A stretch of DNA of 41,686 bases. Origin: a virus. Its lineage: Duplodnaviria > Caudoviricetes. Position numbers and translations under genes: made by a program. Position 1 is the first letter of the stretch. Each line of letters begins with the position of its first letter. Where the stretch lies: IMG/VR virus record IMGVR_UViG_3300012942_001284, positions 1-41,686 of that record, one strand, 5' to 3'. A model generated the notes under the pieces. It was not told where the DNA came from and made no database searches. It saw only the letters and a program-made list of their open reading frames with translations. Shown piece by piece: positions 37,899 through 41,686 of the stretch.

Positions 37899-39433
37899 GG
37901 GTAAAGGCATGGCCACGAGAAGAAGGTATTCCAATTGAGAAATGCGCTCATCGGTTTGGAGCTAAAATGACCTTTTCGTTTCAGACAGACAGTAGATTTG
38001 ACACAAGCATCTATGCATTGGAAATGTTTGGATTTAGGCATAACATACGTGTTGGTGCATTTGTTACTAATCTGCTAGGTCAGTATATTGATGGCATTGC
38101 TGAGGCGGAGAAGTCCGGGCAGATCAGGCACGATATATATTTTGGCACTGACATGTGGAAAAACCCAGTCACAAATGTGATTGAATATATACCGGACTAT
38201 TACGAGACCGAATGGACAGAAGCGGGAGCAGCTTTTTTTGATGTGAATATAGGGGAATCGAAAATCACTAAGACCCCTAATTGCGGCCAGCAAATGTTTG
38301 ATATAAGTAATGGTCACTTTGGATATGATTTCACTACTTCTACAATGGGCGAAACCAAATTGGAAGAGTTCTTTGCTGTTCCCATTACCCAAAAGGATTG
38401 GCTTAGGTCATTAGTTCACAGGATAATTTCAACTGCCAGTTTCAGAAATGGTCAGAGGGCGGCAGCTGGTCTCTTGTATCTGTTTTTTAATGCAGTCAGA
38501 AATTCAACACCATCTCCTGCAATCGATACAAGGGAGGCGGACACTCGTTATGGTCCCGGGTATGGGTTGCCGCTAACCACAGAGTTTTTACGGATAGATT
38601 ATATTAATTACGAAAGTAGTTTCAGGTGGTGGGATGGTTGGAATGACAGTGGGTTGACCAAGGAACAGGCCACGGCATATATGGCTGCTAAAATAGCCCT
38701 TACCTTACTTAATTCCGGTTGGTATCGTGATTTTGGGCATGTTCATGCCATGCGTAATAATGGAACTATTGGCACAATTGACGAGTTTATGTCAATTGCT
38801 CGAAATGCCTTTGGCGATAATTTCGTTTGGACATGTAGCAATGGGGAGGCCATAGAGTATTTGTTTATACGTGAATTATGCAGTAGGGTTATAGCAAAGG
38901 AGTTCGAAGGAGCCATAGTGCTTATTGCTGATCTGGATGATGTTTTCAAACAGGATGCTGTGGACGGAATTTCTGTTGCTACGATTTTAGAGTCACTAAA
39001 TATTCCGTTATCGGTACAGGTTGATCTATCGGGGACTTCTTTAGCAGGTAAAAATATCGTTTCTTCCTTTGGAAAGCTCCGTAAGCTGGAAGGCGATGTT
39101 TATATCGCTGAAATTCCCTTTTTAAGCCACGAAGAAGGTTTCTTGAGTGTTTGGCTAACAGAAGGCAATGAAGGAATTTTTGACGAATCTATCCCCGAAT
39201 TTACCTACTCTATAGAAGCCGGCGTTTTGACTATTGAAACGAATGTGCCCACCAAGGCAACAATGTTCGCCGTTCTATCAGGTGGCAATGACTTTGACAG
39301 TATGCCATCCGACCGTAGCAACCAAATTTATAAAAAGGAACATGCCTTTTCCCTTGCGGAGGGGTATGATTATAGAATTGGGCTTAGCTCAGATTTTGGA
39401 ATGAGTTCTTTAAGTGACATAATAACCGTTTAA
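37895..39433 (+). CDS. Tail-associated protein, possible polysaccharide-deacetylase-like domain
   Basis: 'MTFSFQTDS', 'GWYRDFGHVH', 'VWTCSNGEAIEY' loosely follow NodB-like barrel motifs. Confidence 0.5.
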   Translation: MRVKAWPREEGIPIEKCAHRFGAKMTFSFQTDSRFDTSIYALEMFGFRHNIRVGAFVTNLLGQYIDGIAEAEKSGQIRHDIYFGTDMWKNPVTNVIEYIPDYYETEWTEAGAAFFDVNIGESKITKTPNCGQQMFDISNGHFGYDFTTSTMGETKLEEFFAVPITQKDWLRSLVHRIISTASFRNGQRAAAGLLYLFFNAVRNSTPSPAIDTREADTRYGPGYGLPLTTEFLRIDYINYESSFRWWDGWNDSGLTKEQATAYMAAKIALTLLNSGWYRDFGHVHAMRNNGTIGTIDEFMSIARNAFGDNFVWTCSNGEAIEYLFIRELCSRVIAKEFEGAIVLIADLDDVFKQDAVDGISVATILESLNIPLSVQVDLSGTSLAGKNIVSSFGKLRKLEGDVYIAEIPFLSHEEGFLSVWLTEGNEGIFDESIPEFTYSIEAGVLTIETNVPTKATMFAVLSGGNDFDSMPSDRSNQIYKKEHAFSLAEGYDYRIGLSSDFGMSSLSDIITV

Positions 39434-39443
39434 ATAAAACCCA

Positions 39444-39818
39444 ATGCCACCCAATCCAATAGAAAGTTTAAAAGACACGCTGCCTGTAGAAAAAATAGAC
39501 CCACAGGCGGCTGTTGAGGGATTGAGCAAAACCCAGACGGGCGCAATGAATGTGATTAATACCGTTTGGTCGATTATAAACATCTTTCTTTTCGTTGGTT
39601 GTTTTATTTATTTCGGGAATAAAAAAGACGCTCAAAAGGAAAAAGATGATGCTAAATGGATTCCAATAGTTCAGGCAGAACGTAAGCGAGCAGATTACTT
39701 AGATAGTTTGAATGGTGCTTATCGGGACAGCTTGACTACTTATAGGATTTTACAGCAGTTCAATGTAACTCAAGGGGAAAAACGGATAATATTAATCCCT
39801 AAAAAACATACACCATGA
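39444..39818 (+). CDS. Single-TM membrane protein (holin or i-spanin candidate)
   Basis: TM 'VWSIINIFLFVGCFIYFG' followed by a coiled coil. Confidence 0.55.
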   Translation: MPPNPIESLKDTLPVEKIDPQAAVEGLSKTQTGAMNVINTVWSIINIFLFVGCFIYFGNKKDAQKEKDDAKWIPIVQAERKRADYLDSLNGAYRDSLTTYRILQQFNVTQGEKRIILIPKKHTP

Positions 39819-40516
39819 AAAGAATAGTGTTATTGCTTTTACTGGTATTGGTATCAATCAATTATCAAAGCTGCAAAGTGTTAAAGAAAGTACACCGGGA
39901 TAAGTCAATAGTGAGCAGTTCTCTGGACTCTAAGCAAGAAGCTGATGTTTCCAAAACTGAAATTTCGGATAACGAGCGGCATCACGAGGCGGATTGGCTG
40001 AAAATTATTCAGTCAACTAGCGTTAAGGCCAAAAAAATTATCTATTCAGAGGAGGATATGCCAACGAATGAAACAAGTTTTGTATTCAGGATTGACAGCC
40101 TAAACCCGTACATCGACACCCTGCGAAGCCGGGCAAAAAATGGCACAGAGCTGGAAATCTATACAGACAAGAAGACTGGCCAGCTTAAGGCTAATATGCG
40201 GAGTAAGGGCGGAAAAAAGAAAACAGTTGAAATTGACGGCTTTTCATTGGACAAAGGCAAGGCGATTGATTCTGGTAGATCAGCTACTAATCAAATTAAT
40301 CATACCCTCGTAAAGAAAGACTCCACGGGTAATCAAAAAGTAAAAGCGGCAGCCCAGATAAAGACAGAAACTGTCGAAAAAGATGTAAAAAAGGATTTTG
40401 GGCTGCTGAAATGGATTGGAGCTACAGCAGTAGGGATTATACTGTTATTTGTATTTTATAAGCTAAATCAGGCCAAAAAATGGTTTAAACTACCATTTGG
40501 CAATAAGGGACAATAA
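39815..40516 (+). CDS. Lipoprotein with C-terminal TM (u-spanin-like)
   Basis: Signal peptide ending 'NYQSC' and C-terminal TM 'WIGATAVGIILLFVFY'. Confidence 0.65.
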   Translation: MKRIVLLLLLVLVSINYQSCKVLKKVHRDKSIVSSSLDSKQEADVSKTEISDNERHHEADWLKIIQSTSVKAKKIIYSEEDMPTNETSFVFRIDSLNPYIDTLRSRAKNGTELEIYTDKKTGQLKANMRSKGGKKKTVEIDGFSLDKGKAIDSGRSATNQINHTLVKKDSTGNQKVKAAAQIKTETVEKDVKKDFGLLKWIGATAVGIILLFVFYKLNQAKKWFKLPFGNKGQ

Positions 40517-40541
40517 AAAGGCCCTCGACTTTACTACAGGA

Positions 40542-40644
40542 CTCTGACAAAATAATTAAGGTGCGTTCACACCCGAGCCAAGAGCCAAGCTCTTTGGTTG
40601 GTGTGAACGCACCTTTTAATATTTTGTCAGAGATCACAAAAGTA
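40542..40644. promoter_or_regulatory. ~90-nt hairpin upstream of the methylase, with an antisense -7 box
   Basis: CTCTGACAAAATA/TATTTTGTCAGAG and AAGGTGCGTTCACACC/GGTGTGAACGCACCTT arms. Minus-strand TACTTTTG at 40637-40644. Confidence 0.7.
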
Positions 40645-40651
40645 AACAATA

Positions 40652-41458
40652 ATGGATAAAGTAAAAATCAGATTTAAGACCCCAATATCATACTACGGGG
40701 GTAAACAGAAGTTGGCAACCAAGATATTAGAGCGCATTCCACCGCATAGGCTCTACTCAGAACCGTTTGTTGGAGGTGCAGCTATATTCTTTGCAAAACA
40801 ACCAAGTGAGCTGGAGGTGTTGAATGACACTAATAAAGAACTTATCAACTTTTATAGAGTACTTCAAAATCAATATATTGAGTTGGAAAAGATGATTAAT
40901 ATTACCCTTCACAGTCGCAGCCTTCATAAGGATGCCGCGGTAATCTACAATAATCCTCATCTATTTTCTGAAGTCAGACGTGCCTGGGCGGTTTGGGTGC
41001 AGAGTACCCAGAGTTTTAGCGCTCAATTAGACAGCAGTTGGGGGTTCGACCTATCCAAGAACACAACTACGAAGAAAATAATGAATAACCGGGAGCGTTT
41101 TACAGCAGATTATGCCATTCGGCTGCAAAATGTCCAGTTAGAAAGTACGGATGCGCTCTATGTCATCCAGAGTAGAGATACAGAAGAAAGCTTCTTTTAT
41201 TGTGACCCGCCCTATATCGGGTCAGATTGTGGCCATTATGACGGATATACAGAGGAGGACTTTGAACGCCTTTTGAAGGTTCTTTCTGGGATTAAAGGCA
41301 AATTCCTGCTCAGCAGCTATCCATCAACTGTTTTAAGCAGATTTACAAAGGATTATGGCTGGAATACAGTCAGTTTCGAGCAAGGAGTGTCAGTGGCCAC
41401 CAAAACAGGCTATCAGAAGCGAAAAGTCGAGGTTTTGACAGCTAATTATTCAATTTAA
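40652..41458 (+). CDS. Dam-like (D12 class) N6-adenine DNA methyltransferase
   Basis: 'YYGGKQKLA', 'EPFVGGAAIFF', 'LNDTN', 'FYCDPPY'. Confidence 0.93.
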   Translation: MDKVKIRFKTPISYYGGKQKLATKILERIPPHRLYSEPFVGGAAIFFAKQPSELEVLNDTNKELINFYRVLQNQYIELEKMINITLHSRSLHKDAAVIYNNPHLFSEVRRAWAVWVQSTQSFSAQLDSSWGFDLSKNTTTKKIMNNRERFTADYAIRLQNVQLESTDALYVIQSRDTEESFFYCDPPYIGSDCGHYDGYTEEDFERLLKVLSGIKGKFLLSSYPSTVLSRFTKDYGWNTVSFEQGVSVATKTGYQKRKVEVLTANYSI

Positions 41459-41513
41459 CTATAACGTTCAAAGCCGTTTAAAATCGCATTAAGCGGCTTT
41501 GAACGTTATAGTT
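41457..41513. terminator. 20-bp perfect inverted repeat after the methylase
   Basis: AACTATAACGTTCAAAGCCG-N17-CGGCTTTGAACGTTATAGTT. Confidence 0.7.
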
Positions 41514-41563
41514 TTAGGACGGATTGATTGAAATTTTCGGGACAGAATCATCGGGCGATTATA
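41512..41563 (-). repeat. Right end: putative transposase-binding sites
   Basis: TTTTAGGACGG (41512-41522) and TTTTCGGGACAG (41534-41545). Terminal ...GATTATA. Confidence 0.7.
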
Positions 41564-41686
41564 TACGCTTATCAATATTTTTAACATCTACCTTCCCATC
41601 ATAGGTACGGTTTCTACCTTTTCCACTTTTCTGAGGTTCCTTATGTAGATATAGGAGGTTGGCATTTTACCGCATTTTGGTTACAA
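41564..41686 (-). pseudogene. Fragment resembling an IS DDE transposase, with an in-frame stop
   Basis: Minus strand reads VTKMR*NANLLYLHKEPQKSGKGRNRTYDGKVDVKNIDKR, resembling the 'R.DA.L.Y...GRGRP..Y..K' segment of IS4/IS701-like transposases. Recognised by eye only. Confidence 0.45.

Larger units (their letters stand above)
5550..41563. mobile_element. Mu-like transposable prophage (myovirus), ~36.0 kb, apparently complete
   Basis: Repressor-Ner-MuA-MuB at left, DNA methylase at right, full head/tail set. Ends read TAT...ATA, with a CnGTCCnnAAA motif 19 nt inside each end. Confidence 0.92.

Noticed and set aside
35215-39433. Third DGR target in the tail fibre genes
   Set aside because: By eye there is no TCTTCCGCTGGC or GTCNGCGCCCNCCTT match. 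A computed scan would be decisive.

Overview
Bacteroidota chromosomal window. 1-858 is an array of ~170-193 bp tandem repeats. 1007-5074 is a hybrid two-component sensor/regulator (HTCS), divergent from a SusC-like gene that is cut off after ~103 codons. The cut is the left end of an apparently complete ~36 kb Mu-like transposable myovirus prophage (~5550-41563). The prophage has: repressor/Ner switch, MuA transposase, MuB ATPase, accessory early genes, an inverted terminase/portal/MuF head block, protease, capsid, contractile tail, baseplate, fibres, lysis genes, and a Dam-type methylase at the mom position. The main finding is a diversity-generating retroelement (DGR) in the EARLY region: a reverse transcriptase (RT, 14622-15638), a 77-bp template repeat (TR, 14443-14519) and two variable repeats (VRs) in two small tandem paralogous proteins that look cytoplasmic. 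All 14 and 15 VR/TR mismatches fall on TR adenines. No Avd gene is recognisable and no tail gene is targeted. Other points: a MuF protein with a C-terminal nuclease faced by a promoter-driven ~65-nt antisense RNA instead of an immunity gene; discordant prophage flanks with no target duplication; a probable tail-chaperone frameshift; a long hairpin ahead of the methylase; and a small moron in the baseplate operon. Protein family calls come from motifs and synteny by eye, not from database searches.
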